Source of the DNA: Podarcis melisellensis
Lineage: Eukaryota
Length of the DNA stretch: 64,000 nucleotides
Strand: one strand, 5' to 3'
Assembly: GCA_964234715.1 (NCBI GenBank)
Contig: OZ174281.1
In this document: positions 24,684-38,100 of the stretch, piece by piece
Numbering within the stretch: position 1 is the first letter of the stretch
Layout: each line of letters opens with the position of its first letter
Notes under the pieces: model-generated
Database searches by the model: none
What the model was told of the DNA's origin: nothing
The model's input: the letters and a program-made list of their open reading frames with translations, nothing else
Made by a program: the position numbers and the translations under genes

Positions 24684-24819
24684 TAGTGTTTCCCAACCTT
24701 GGACCTCCAGCTGTTTTTGGACTACAACTCCCATCATCCCTAGCTAGCAAGACCAGTGGTCAGGGATGATGGGAATTGTAATTCAAAAACAGCTGGAGGC
24801 CCAAGGTTGGGAAACACTG
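24684..24819. mobile_element. Palindromic hAT-type MITE
   Basis: AGTGTTTCCCAACCTTGG ... CCAAGGTTGGGAAACACTG termini; inverted arms run most of its length; CTAGA-containing flanks on both sides. Confidence 0.8.
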
Positions 24820-25316
24820 CCCTAGATAATATCAACTCATTATATAGTAACTGTTCTCCCACATCATTGGTGAAATTATCTTCATAGATGTAGTCCTGCC
24901 CAACCATGACTCTGGGTGTGGGGCTCATCCAAGGAGGAGGAGTGGGGCTCTTGCAGAGGCCTCAATTGTCATCAGGGACCATGAAGTGCTTCCTCTTATA
25001 GTCAAGCATATATTTCAAATGTTTCTCTACACCAATGATCAAGAAGAATGTTACATTTTAATGGGTTGTATCCAATGCTAGCCCTACTCAAAGGAGACCC
25101 ATTTGCTGTAAATGGACATTATGTTTTTACTTGCCCAACAGAACAACCTCCCGTCTCCTCTGCTGTTCTGGGGTTTCTGGGGTGGGGGGAGAGTCGAGAA
25201 AGCCCTGCTGCACTAATAGAAGCCAGTATGCTGGCTCCTGCTAGCAGAACTATTTAGCTGTATCCTTCTTAAATACATTTTAGTTTTTCTTCTTTATTTC
25301 TATGTGTCATGTTTTA

Positions 25317-25436
<120 letters not shown>

Positions 25437-26600
25437 CTAGGAGAGAAAAGTACATTTAATTTTGAGTTAAGATGTAACAAATATACAATGAGGCATATTA
25501 CCAACTCAAGAAATTTGTATACATCTGCATATATTACATACAAGCAGACTGGGTCAACACAGTTAGGGTTGCCAATGTAAGCAAATATGCAGTGTATTCT
25601 AGATTTATGGCTGCACATGAAACCTTAATTTGGTCCCTTGCAGCCTGAGTTGACTACACAGACATTCCCAGGGGAATATATATTGTAAGTAAATATAATG
25701 GCATAAAAACAGGATCAGTTCTGGTTTGCTAATAAACACCATGTCAGAGTTCTTCTACACATTTCAGATGTTGCTGGACTACCAGTGCCAGACTGATGGG
25801 AGCTGACGTCCAACAATACCTGGGGAGCTAAAAGTTGACCACCACGGACTTAGAAGAACTAGCATACAAAATCCACAACTATTTAAGGAAGGGATATTTG
25901 ATTAATGTCTGTCAAAATATATGAAAGTGTATCTTAACTGCTATTAATAGGTTTTTCTGGACTCGTGGACCAGCCATGAGATACGTCAAGTGCTGTAGAG
26001 AAGAAACTTAACACATCAAGACTGCTACATTATTGCTACATTAATCAACTGTGACATAAGATTCTCATATTGCTGCCACAGAAATCAACTGTTATTTCTG
26101 ACAATGTGGTGCTCTGGCGTTTAAACGTAGGTGAACAAAGTAACTTCCTACTCAGATATGAAGTTTAATAACAGCTTCAACAACTCAATATCCCCATTAC
26201 TAGAAATGTTCTGATTAATAAATTATACAAGAATTAAAACATGGGGGGGGGGGGGAGTCTAAAATAATGTGAAAATGATGATCTTGCTAAGTAAACGTTT
26301 GCCTAGTACAAAGAGGGTAAGGAAGAATGAAGCAGAGTGCATACGTAAGAAAGGACACAAGTGTATGCTACAATTCCTAATTGTGTGAATGCTGTCATAT
26401 GTAGTTTGGCCCTCAGAAAGGCAAGAGGGGTGGGTGGGTCTGGCAACAGGGGAAATACAGCATAATGCCATGACTGCCATGGACTTGGTTACATACACTT
26501 GCATGAACTCAGTTAATGATTATATGAAATTGGGCAACTGGAGCAGTCCAGTTCACAAAAGGAACACTGAAATACATTCGGTTTGCTGATGTCCACTTAC

Positions 26601-26753
26601 TTCCCCTGGTCGGATTTTGATATAGAAGTTATTCCTCTTGTATGAAATTTTGAGAACCTTAGGCCAAGCAAATCTGTTTATTCTGAGTCTGTCCCGATAT
26701 ATCAAGAGACCACTTGCGCAAACCCCTAACATGATTTCAACTCCTTCAGAATC
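26601..26753 (-). CDS. EPB41L3: EPB41L3 exon 9 ([51 protein letters not shown]), FERM C-lobe
   Basis: tttttag|GAT ... GAA|gtaagt; 153 nt. Confidence 0.97.
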
Positions 26754-27322
26754 CTAAAAAAAAGATGTTTCAAAAGATGTTATTTTTTAATCTTTAGCGC
26801 ATCAATGGTTCATTTCCATTTTTACAATCACAAGCTTTTTGAACATCAGATGGGCTGGGCAGCATTCCTTTGTGGGGAATGCCATCCACTGAACCACAGA
26901 GTTAGCCCATTTCTGTCAAAAACAGTTAATGTAATTATCAGAACACAAAATAAAAGACTTTCTTTCACTCAAATATCTATGCAGATTTCCTCCTGAAATG
27001 CTCTACAGACCTTTCAAAACCTGTGCATATATTATATACATTTATCTAAGCTTTCGAAAAGATTTTATGCAGGATACACTCAGAATAACATGCACTTTAT
27101 GATTTTCTTCTGGTCAGCAACATTTTGTCAAAAACATGATCCATTTAATATACTAAGATGTAAACATGTGGTCTTAAATTGAGGAAGACTAAAGCCACAT
27201 GTCAAGCCAAACCATTTTTTGCAGACACTGTTTCACCATATATAAGTACAGTACAATTTGGTTTGGTTAACTCTATTCCATGGCACCGATTACAGAACTT
27301 TCCACAGGTACGTAAGACAAAT

Positions 27323-27624
27323 GGCCGATTCACACACAGTGGTAAGCCAAACCATGGTCTGGAAAGAATGAGCAAGCATGAGCAAGCTCAGAGAGAAAAT
27401 CATGACTGCTTTGGCGCTCCCACAGTCATCCTGCTGCCCTGATACCTGGAGCTAAGCCATAGTTTGGCTTAGCTTTTCATGCAAACTCAGTCTCAAGGTT
27501 TGTCTCACTCCCCCAAAGCCATGAGCTGCAGCCAATGGTTTACCATTATTTTCTAACTGATTACCCGCCTGCTTGCTTGTCACAAAGCCATGGTTTAGCT
27601 TAGCATTACATGCAGAAGAGGCCA
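27323..27624. mobile_element. Degenerate MITE with imperfect GGCC...GGCC termini and internal (AA)CCATGG(TT) repeats
   Basis: TAAGCCAAACCATGG near the left end and CCATGGTTTAGCTTA near the right end are inverted. Confidence 0.45.
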
Positions 27625-27890
27625 GAGCCTCTTCAATGGCTCTGTGGATGCTGCATAATGTACCACTGAAACTACATGCCAGGTGAAGGATAGGACACTC
27701 TATAACATAGATCTGACTGAAATTCCATTTCAGTTAAAAGTGCTTTAGCATTCTTTTTATTTTATAATCATCAGTTCATCAAAATATATTAAATAAACTA
27801 GACAATAAAAATCAACAGATTATTTGCAGACGTATTACTTAATGCATGCATGGCAACACTTCTAAGTTCCTAATCTGAACCATCCTGCTA

Positions 27891-28025
<135 letters not shown>

Positions 28026-28231
28026 TTAAAAATGAACTTGTTTCCGGGAAAATAAATGTGTCCTTTATGATTATTTACATGTTTTCATGCAGTTGTCTGT
28101 TTTACACTTATTCACTCCATCCAGTCATTTCCCCCCTCAATGTAATGCTTTGAAATTCAGTACATTTTTCATGAAGGAGGATAGAATTCCAAAGGACTAC
28201 ATTGTATATATTTCCCCCCTGCTTATCTTAC

Positions 28232-28450
28232 CTGTGGCTTTTATGAAGCTCTATTACTTTGTCTTCCAGTTCTTTAGTATGGTTTGGTGCAAAGCGAAAT
28301 TCACTGACGTAATCACTTCCGTACTCATCAGGATCATAATCTCCAAGCTCTGACTGAACTGTATAGGAGCCCAATAGTGCAAGTGTAACAAAAGAACATG
28401 GCAGTCGTCCAGAAACTATGTCATCTCTCAGCTGTAAACAGAGGTAGTAC
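28232..28450 (-). CDS. EPB41L3: EPB41L3 exon 7 ([20 protein letters not shown]...[10 protein letters not shown]), FERM
   Basis: ttggcag|G TAC ... CAC AG|gtaaga; 219 nt. Confidence 0.97.
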
Positions 28451-29690
28451 CTGCCAAAAAAGAAAATTGTAAAAAAAAAACCCTCATTAACACCTCCATA
28501 CCCCTTGCAAGTTCTAGCAATTCACAAGCAGTTTAAAGGTTCCATTAAGGCTAGACAAGTGCAGAATCTTTGCTTTAACCAAAGTGGTAGGAAGCAGAAG
28601 AAAGGACAAACAGGAATGTGAAAGAAATCTCTTCTTTCTGTCATAGGGCAGTTGGGGGTTGACCAGTTAGGTTGATACATAATGGAGCACTTGAAAACAC
28701 AATCCCAAGAAGTGGTGTGCACATATGAAAAAGCAGTAGATGCAGTTTTTATTTTAGGCACAAGAGAGTTCTCCCTCCCCACACACTATATATTAATTAG
28801 AATAATTTATACATTGAGCAGAAGTGCCAAGGCTGTTTACAAACAAACAAAAACAACAAAATAGCACAACGGAACCAGCTCAATAAAACAAAGTTGAAAT
28901 TTCAAGTCACAATAAAACATTAAAATATCAGTCATAACAATCAGGAGTGGTGGGAATTGGTTCTTCTCAGAATGTCACTGCTATATTATTTTAATTGCAA
29001 CCCATGTTTCCTCTTCTGCTTACTTTTCAGTTAATGCTAACTATAAGCGGCAATTTCAGAAATATGTTTTTCACCTGCTAATGGTAGCAAAGAACTATTC
29101 CCTCCGTTTACTGCAGCATCTTCATATGTTCGCGATTATGTGAATGCCACAGCCACTGTTAGGGACAGATGAGGTCTCCTCAGCTCAAATTTTCTGAGAT
29201 TTTTCAGAGAAACCCAGCCTTCCGCTATGACAATTATCCAGCCCTTCCCCAAAACTTACTGTAGGCAGGATGGGTCAGTCATTAGCAAGGAAGTTTGGAT
29301 CCCAGCAATGGAGGCTCATGAGTATGCGCAGGAAGCATGTGAAATGTAGTTTTCAAATGCTCTTTGCTACACTGCACAGGTTTCAGTGCACTGGATGCCA
29401 TAAGGCTGAGGTGTTGGCTACTGCAAGCCCACCCTAATACACCTACCCCTGCAACAAAGGTAAGGGGATGGCAGTGAGGCAAGATTACTATAAGCTAGAC
29501 CTTTGTGGGAGGGGGGCAGGTGGATGAGGATGATACAGCTCCAATATCTTCCACCACCCATTATCAGTATGGTAGTAAAGAGTGTTCACCTCACATTATA
29601 CAAACAATTGCTTAATAATTGTTAGTTAGAGGTTGCCACCACCAATAACTTTTCATGATCAACATAAAGATTGCTGGGTGTTTTAAATAC

Positions 29691-29766
29691 CTGGTAATAT
29701 CTTCAGAAAGCTGGGCAGGATCAGGAGGATAGAATTTCACATTAAAAGAGAAATGCCAAGCACCAC
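29691..29766 (-). CDS. EPB41L3: EPB41L3 exon 6 ([25 protein letters not shown]), FERM
   Basis: cttatag|GT GGT ... ACC AG|gtattt; 76 nt. Confidence 0.97.
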
Positions 29767-32700
29767 CTATAAGAAAACAAAACTTAATTAGGATTCTCTG
29801 CATACCGTGTCCAATAATGGTTATCCAGTTGTCTGAACCATTTCCTTTGCTTTCATAATTGAAGATTGAGGGCTTAACAAAAAATAATAAAAAGAATTGT
29901 CCCTCAGCCAACAGCAACTTATCTGAAGTGTCTGCAAAAACTTGTAGACCCAGGACAATTTTCTTGGCTAAGATACGGTTTACACAATCGAATACAAAGA
30001 TAAGAACAATGCCACCTAAACATTTAGCAAGGTTGTGCCCACAACTGAGTGAAGCACATAGTTATTTCTATAAACACATTCATCAGCACCTTGGGGATAT
30101 CTATCTCAGCAGAATTTCTTTGTCCTTCACCATGTACAAAATTGTAAAGATAAAACATAGAGGTCATTACTCAGAATCAGCCCTGAAAGCCTCAAGATGA
30201 GGCAATAATATCACTACGGTCAACTAGTTCCCCTGCTCCGACCAATTACAGTGCTTATTAGTCTTAAACTGGTTCGGTCTTGATACAAGACGACTCTGAC
30301 AAAAGCAAAGAAGTATAAACATTTGCATTTTACAGCCTGATCTTGTATATCAGAAAATAAAATAAAACGAGAGGTTGTTTTGGTTTGTTACTATGGTATG
30401 TATTTTTGTGTTTTTATGTTGTAAACCACCCTGTGTTCTTGGAATGAAGGGATGTATATAAATTTAATAAATGAAATAAATATCACCAGTGCCCTTTCTT
30501 AGGCCTGGCCTCAGTCATTCAACTTCTAATGACAATCAGGTTACCATAATGCAATCTTATGTGGGATAGTCCCTTGAATGCAGCCTGGAAACTTCCAACA
30601 GGTTCATAATGCAAAGCTGCCAGAGTTCTGACTGGACCTAACAGAACAGGGAATGCTGATGGAGTTGTAGTCCAAACCATCTGGACAGCACCAAGTTGGT
30701 GAAGGCTGCAATGTACTGATATTACACACATCCTTTAACCACAACACTGTGTACCAATTTTTTTCTCTCAGTGGCCTGTAACTGGAGTATCTCAAGATTA
30801 ATCTTCCTCCCCATGAGTCTAACCCTGAGGCTTTTCTCCAGATCACCCCACTATCTGATACCTGGTGAGAAGGGGAAAGTGCCTTTTTGGTTGTGATGCA
30901 ACCAAATGTAATGTTCTTTGGAAAAGGTACACACAATTTTTAAAAACACAATGCTGCTTTAAATAAGGATTCGACCACTGCTGCTTTTTAAACTTGTCTT
31001 GTAAGTCTGTTTTTAAAACATGTACTGTAATTGTTACGTTCCTGCTTGCTTCCAATTTTTATTATTTATAAGATGCCTTGAATATTTTAATAGAAAGACA
31101 GGGTAGAAATGTTTAGAAATAAAACATCTAATAAATACAGCTCACTAAGGTAAGTAAATAAGCTTTATTGTACTAGCCAAAGGCCATGACTAAACCATAC
31201 AAACACTATGCGGAAAAGAAATATCTATATGCCTATAAAACTATATAAAAAACAGAGTCACTGCCTAAACCATCAAAATAATAAAATGCAGATGCACACG
31301 TAGACTGGGGACTCCACACAGCATACAATATTTTCCTATTTAGACCTCTGAATATCCCTTACAGTTTATTGAAATTCTGCCCACGTTCTTCTTCCACTAA
31401 GGTGCCATATATCTTACCAGCAGAAGCTGTGTAAAGTATATCTTTTAATTTCAGTTTTAAGTACTTTTCTACTTTGCAACATCCTATTTTTAACTATTTA
31501 AACTGAGCACGTCATGATGAATATGCATGTTGAAGGTGTGTCAAGTTTCATTACTGAAGCCTTGGTGTGCTTGACAGTAGAGGGGTCATGTTAATCTTGA
31601 CAGTACAATATATATTAAATTGTGTGCAAATTTCCTACAGGTTTTGTCCTTTAGGGTCTGGAATGTTATCTACATGAATGAACCTCTACCCTTACAAAAT
31701 ACAAAGACTCTCTTTTCTTGGTCCTTCCTTACATATATTTCTGCTTGAACAAGTCCTTCGCTTGAACAAAGCTCTTGGTTTATTCAGGAAAAACAGACTT
31801 CTAAATGGCAATTAATCAGAGATCTTAACAATCCTAGTGTACAAATCTCTGAGCTACTTTGGGAAATGTTTGGATTCCATTCATTTGTTTGGGAAAAGCA
31901 AGAAAGACTTCAAGTAAGCCTACTGTGCTGTACTGATTTCAGAAAAAAGGCACAGTCCATATTTCTTTCCCACATTGGGTAAAACAAAGAAACAGGGTGA
32001 GAAAAACTACACATACTTTTAGCCAAATTTTCTTAGGTGCCATTGTACATTATTACTTTTAACTGCAATAACTAGGCACCTTTCAGGGTAGAGGAGCCCA
32101 AAGGAGATCCCGTGTGCTAATGAATTTTGTGTATAATTTGCATTCTTAAATTATCAGTCAATAATATTTTATGTCTGGTAATACTGGGTTCCTAAAGTAA
32201 TTCTCTGAAACAGCAAGTTTTGCATTTTTATATGCTACAACTGCATCTCTTCCCACTGTCAAGAGCAGGACTAGACTTTGCTGTTCAGAATAATCTCCTG
32301 CAGTTACCATTGTTCACATTTGGCTAATAAGTCTACATCAGATGTATTAACAGTATCTACCATAACAAACACTGCACATTTTCTTGACTACATCAATACT
32401 GATTTTTAAAAATGGCAAACAGCTGAAACCATTGCTGTCAAATATAAACCTAGTTGAGCTGAAATCCATGTGCTTAGGCTTTCAAAATAGGTTTACATAA
32501 TTTGGCTATTCAAAGCAGACATTTCTTTACAGAAATTTTGATGTTTTAAAGCATTTACAACATTTTATTAAATATTTCTCATTACAGGTATACTACTTCG
32601 CTCATACTATAAATTAACATTTGTAAACCAGAAACCATGTTTTAATTCCAGATGGAGAACGCTTCCTACCAAATGTAATTGCTTGCATATACTTGGCCAA

Positions 32701-33101
32701 TGGAAAGATTTTATTTGTGAAGTGTGATTGAGAATGAACACTGACATCTGTTTGCTACAGCAAATTCCATGTGTATGCATTACACCAAGTTTGTAGAAAG
32801 GATCTTAAATATTCAACTTGGTTGCCTTGATGCTTAATTTATTCTGAGTACTTATAGGTTTCTAAAGCAATTCGCAAGTACATTTACATGTTAAGCACTG
32901 GTAACAGGAGAAAGGAAGTATAAAATTGGGTAACAATGTGGAAAAACAAATTTAAAAATACAAGGTACAATCACAGATATATAGACCTCTTCTACAGGTA
33001 TAATCACATCTTTTAGGCAGCATTCCTAATGTTACTTACTGGAAGGAATCCCTATTAAAAACTTACAGTTAATGTCTTTAAAATGATTTAGCACAACTTA
33101 C

Positions 33102-33144
33102 TTCGGATCTGCTTTTTTATTTCCTTGGCTGGGTCCAACCAATT
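33102..33144 (-). CDS. EPB41L3: EPB41L3 exon 5 (NWLDPAKEIKKQIRS), FERM
   Basis: tttcag|AAT ... CGA A|gtaagt; 43 nt. Confidence 0.97.
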
Positions 33145-33214
33145 CTGAAAATAAGTATTTAAAATATTTGAATGTACAAACATGTTTTTAAAATCATCAA
33201 GAAGAATAACAGCA

Positions 33215-33517
33215 ACAATAATTTGTTTATACCCCGTCCATCTGACTGTGTTGCCCCAACCACTCTGGGTGGCTTCCAAAATATAAAACACAACTGTGCA
33301 TCAAATATTAAAAACTTCCCACATACAGGGCTGCCTTCAGATGTCTTCAAAAGGTTGTGTAATTGTTTATCTCTGTGACATCTGATGGGAGGGCTTTTCA
33401 TAGTGCGGGAGCCACTACTGAAAAGGCCCTCTGTCTGGTTCCCTGTAACCTCACTTCTCACACTGAGGGAACCACCAGAAGGCCCTCAGAGCTGGATCTC
33501 AGTGTCCAGGACTGACA
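33215..33517 (-). mobile_element. L2-like LINE 3' fragment
   Basis: Reverse-complement homolog of 10217-10510 (ACCCCGTCCATCTGACTG...CCACTCTGGG; GGTTCCCTGTAACCTCACTTCTC). Confidence 0.7.
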
Positions 33518-33718
33518 GGGACCCTACTCCATTATGAAATGGGCAACACTGTTGCTGTCAGGAGGATGCTACTGCCTCCACTGCCACCTCTCTGACCAGT
33601 TTTGAAGGCTGATGATTCTGACAACACAATCTCAGTATCATTAATAAGACTGAAATGCTTGGATTTGATACATTTTCTCCATTTTCTCCTTTCTTTATGA
33701 ACTCTTTTCTAATTTTAC

Positions 33719-33823
33719 CTTTTGGCTTTCCATATCTTTGTATGTTAACCCGAAGTAATCTTTTTCCAGCAGGTTCAGATGTTCACATACTTTGTCAAAC
33801 AGCACCTGGCCTTTTGAACGTTT
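33719..33823 (-). CDS. EPB41L3: EPB41L3 exon 4 ([35 protein letters not shown]), FERM
   Basis: ctgtag|AAA ... AAG|gtaaaa; 105 nt. Confidence 0.97.
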
Positions 33824-34114
33824 CTACAGAGAAAGTATAGGAAATAAAATGTTTGAGTACCAAAACACGAACCTTTAAAAAAATCAAGACAGCTTAAAAG
33901 AATCAAGTGAACATTCATTTAATTTCATGCTAAAAGTTTGATATTAACTGGCTCATAATATGAATTTTCCATGCCTGAAATACTTCCTTCTATTGCAAAG
34001 TATGTTGCCTTACCATTAAATTATTACTTTAATTGCAATAAAAACATAATGGGAAGCATCCATCCTATGCAGCTCACAAAATTCAGTTTTCCTGGCCCCT
34101 TCTCCACACTGAAC

Positions 34115-35182
34115 CATAGGCGCCGACTCCATGGGGCCTGAGGGGGCCCGAGCCCCCTCAAAAATTTGTTTGGGGGGGCTCCGCCCCCCCCCAATAATTT
34201 AAGAAAATTATTACCGTATTTTTCCCTCAAAAAGAGGAAGCGGCTGCTTTCCTGCATTCTGCCTCAGGGTCTTACTGCCCACCCTCCTCTGTTTCCTTGC
34301 TGTGTTTGCTCAAACGGAACAAAGAGCAGGGAAAGCCCCTCCCCTCCAGGCAAGCAGGCAGGAGGGAGAGAGAGAGAGAGAGAGAGAGCGTGCGAGCGAG
34401 CTGGCTGGCTTGGGTGGGTAGGTGAGGGAAAACTTTTGCCTTCCTTTCCTCCTTGCCGTTATACCCCTCCCCTGCATTCTTAGCCAGCTGCTTCTCTGCA
34501 CACCCCTCTCATGCTCCTTGTCCGTTCTGTGTTTTTCCTTCCCTCCCCACTTAAAATGTGGTTTAAAAACATGGATCCACAGGGATCCTCAGGATCTTTG
34601 CATTGGGTCACCCCAAATTCACCATCAGATCACATAGCATGTCCATGGCTACAGCCTGCCCCCCAAAAATCACACACCCACTGTTGCCTGGGGCTGCAAT
34701 GGTGCAAAAACGTGGTTACAAAACATGGATCCACAGGGATCCTCAGGATCTTTGCATTGGGTCACCCCAAATTCACCATCAGAGCACATAGCATGTCCAT
34801 GGCTACAGCCTGCCCCCCAAAAATCACACACCCACTGTTGCCTGGGGCTGCAATGGTGCAAAAACGTGGTTACAAAGCATGGATCCACAGGGATTCTCAG
34901 GATTTTTGCATTGGGTCACCCCAAATTCACCATCAGATCACATGTCCGTGGCCACAGCATGAAGCACAAAAATGATACATCATTAATATTCACCGCCCAC
35001 GGTGGCAGCCAATCGGCTGCCGCAAAGGGCGGGCCCTCACAGGTTCACTTAAGGTCGGGGCAGCCCGGGGCTCGCCCCTTTCGTTCCCCCAGCAGCAGCG
35101 GTTTGGAGGTCTTGGGCCCCCCCAATATTTTTTATAAGTCGGTATGGGTCCCCCCAATATTTTTTATAAGTCGGCGCCCCTG
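34115..35182. mobile_element. Non-autonomous hAT DNA transposon, 1068 bp
   Basis: Perfect 8-bp TSD CACTGAAC (34107-34114 and 35183-35190); 14-bp TIR CATAGGCGCCGACT / AGTCGGCGCCCCTG (2 mismatches); GC/CpG-rich; no transposase ORF. Confidence 0.9.
34553..34952. repeat. 154-bp tandem repeat, about 2.5 copies, inside the hAT element
   Basis: ATGGATCCACAGGGAT recurs at 34571, 34725 and 34879. Confidence 0.95.
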
Positions 35183-38100
35183 CACTGAACCCATCCCAAA
35201 AAACAGAATGGCACAGGGTGGGACATGGGAGACTGCAGCAGGAAGAAGAAATTAGCAGAATTTTGGGGGAAGAGGGTTCCCCTAAATGCAGCTTTCGATC
35301 CAAGTCTGTTTTCTTCAATATTATTTGCAACATGCCCAATGGTAGGGACCATTTTCAGCACATATGCAGAAGTTGAAAGTGTTAACATCTTATTGGCTCT
35401 CAATGGAACTGTCCTGATTTCTGAAATTAACTTGGACTTTTTGTAAAACTGAATATAACTTATGGTACCTAAAATTAGAATGTCATGGTCCCAGGGCTAG
35501 GAACATCAAGTATGCCTAAAGGGCAGGATATGCATCATGCAAATGTAATTTTTATAACAGTGAATGCATAGGGGTTAAGGAAAACCAAAGCTGATTGTTT
35601 CCCCAGGGGTGGGGGTGGTGTTCCTCTTGATCAAAGAATTCTGCACACAATCCAAGAGAGGATTTCATGGTTGTCTAGATAATGCATTGCCTTCCCTGCA
35701 CTTGCAAAGGAATTTCCAAACAGCACTGCAGTAAGACATTATGGGCCAATTTAAAATGAAGAATTCTTTTTTTCCCAATACGGCATTCATGACTCAATTA
35801 CGACTGAGCCAGGAGGACTTTGCTCACCACTAGACGAAATACGTTGGGGTGGAAGAGTTTAAAGAACAAGATAACACAGATGTGATAATATCTAGTAAGA
35901 TGAATAACCATGGCAACATTTTGAAGGAAATGTAAATTACTGTAGCATGAAAAGACATTTTGAAACTTTTGAGATAATTTACCGAGGGGATTAAATGAAA
36001 GCAGGGCAGGGGTTTTATAAGGCTATCTAGAATCTGAAATAATATTCACTGTTATCTGGCCTGAATTCACCATTTTGAGAATTTTGACAGCATTAACAAA
36101 GAATAACACACACAGCACACAAGCATCAGCAATCAAGCAGAACCGCTCCCTGGTCTCCAGCCTTTGACATCTTCACCCCTGCAGCTTAGCCAACCTATAA
36201 ACAAACCTCAAGCTCCCAAGCTGCCTTCATTGGAGATGCAACTATGGACACTTCTCAGTATGCCCCTCATTCCTTTGTGGCAGATGTCACTGCAAGACGT
36301 GCACACTGGCCCAAACACTGGGCGCTGACACTCTTCTCAACAGTTACAAACTGGAGTTCACCTCCAATTTGTTTCCAAGACTCTTTCTGTCTCCGATATC
36401 CAACGATCCACAAAAACGCTCCAGTGAACTGCTTTGAGTTTCTGAATAAATATTTTATGCTAGAATATGTGCTATCTACATTGTGGTAAGAGTTCATGTA
36501 ATTTCCTTTAACACTGCATGTACGTTTACCTTCTTGAAGAAACTTTCTATTCAGAAAGAAGTTTGAAAATTTTGGGGATATTATATTAATTTTCAGATTA
36601 ATCACTATAAAACAGAGTGATTATGTAATGTGTACTCTTGATTATTTAACTGATTTCAGCATTTGTATGTCACCCCAGAACATTTAGCTCTCTGCATGGT
36701 TTACAACGAATAGTAAAATAAAAATAGAAATGTAAATATATGAAATAAAACATGAAACTATAAAAACAAAGCTCTTCATACCCCCCCCCCCAATCAGAAG
36801 CACAAATTTAAAAACTGTGAGGCCCAGTATATATAAGATATTTAGGAAGCCTAGCTGAACAGAAATGACTTGGGTGATGAAAATACCACAAAGCTGGTGC
36901 CATGAGAGACTCACTGGGGAGGATGTTCCATAACCATAGTGCCACTGCTAGAAAAGCCCCTCTTCCTGATGCCTACCTGCCTCATTTCATTTGGTGAGGG
37001 CAACTAAAGCAGGCTATATCTGAATATAATGCTCTAGAAAATCCAGAAATTATTTTGGTTGTACAGCCTTCAGACTGAGATTTCTGAACTATTTTGTTTT
37101 AGGAAACATAAACACAGCCCCAACTGTTAGGGGAAGATGCCTAAAAACACCCAAAAAGCTTTATAACCGTGGGGTACAAAACATAACAGGAATGTACTAT
37201 CTGCATTAAAAATAATGAGTAATCTCAACAACATTACAAGTGCCATTCTTAAACTAATTTGTACTGAAACAAAATTATGCTAATTCATTTCATTCCACAG
37301 CTTTCCCCAAAGGCTATACATTTAGCCTCAAATTATTAAAGTTCCTCAGAAAGAAATAATGAAAAAGGGGAAGTCACTATGCAATTATCTATAGAGTCCT
37401 CAAGAAATCATTTAGGATGATAGAAATGGGCAGCACATAGGAAGAAGAAAATTATGTTTTCCACCAAACTGTCAACTTTGCCTGAGTTTTTCCAGGTTAT
37501 TTTGCAAAAGGGGAAAAAGATTTTATTATCTCCATTTAGAAGACTGAGAAAAATATTAAAAAACCAATAAACCTCTCCAAGGTGAAAAACAACAGGGGAC
37601 AGATACTCTTTGTGTTCCTTAATTGCCACACATTCTAGATTCAGTTTTCACCAACATAAGGCTTGTACTAAACACCAACTAGTTGACAATCACTGACAAT
37701 GTAAACTGAAGGAACTAATTCAAGACAGGTAATTGTCAAGAGCCATGATTGTGGGTTTGTTTTTCTGTAAATCCTTTGCAACACCCTTTTATGTACACCT
37801 AGCAAGAAGTTCCAGATCAATTTAACAGGGAACATGATAAATGCTAAAAAGAACTATTTCGGTAATATCTAACACCATATGCTTTCAAATATGGGTCAGT
37901 AGCTTGCGGTACTACAGTGTAATTAGACAGTAAGGTAGAGGTACTTGCTTAATTGGAGGAACAAGTGTGATACTTGATTTTTCTTGGATTTTGTTGTCCA
38001 TTTTAGTATCTGTAAATGTAGATGTGCTAGCTGAAAGACTGTTGGCAGATTATTAAGAAAATTGCTGGGCTCAGAATTATATTAAAATTCAAGGGTGCAA

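Noticed and set aside
34553-34952. Regularly spaced repeats and repetitive ORFs (34511-35255) resembling a CRISPR array or repeat protein
   Set aside because: Whole 154-bp units repeat with no unique spacers, inside a TSD-bounded hAT element in a vertebrate intron; the ORFs are by-products.
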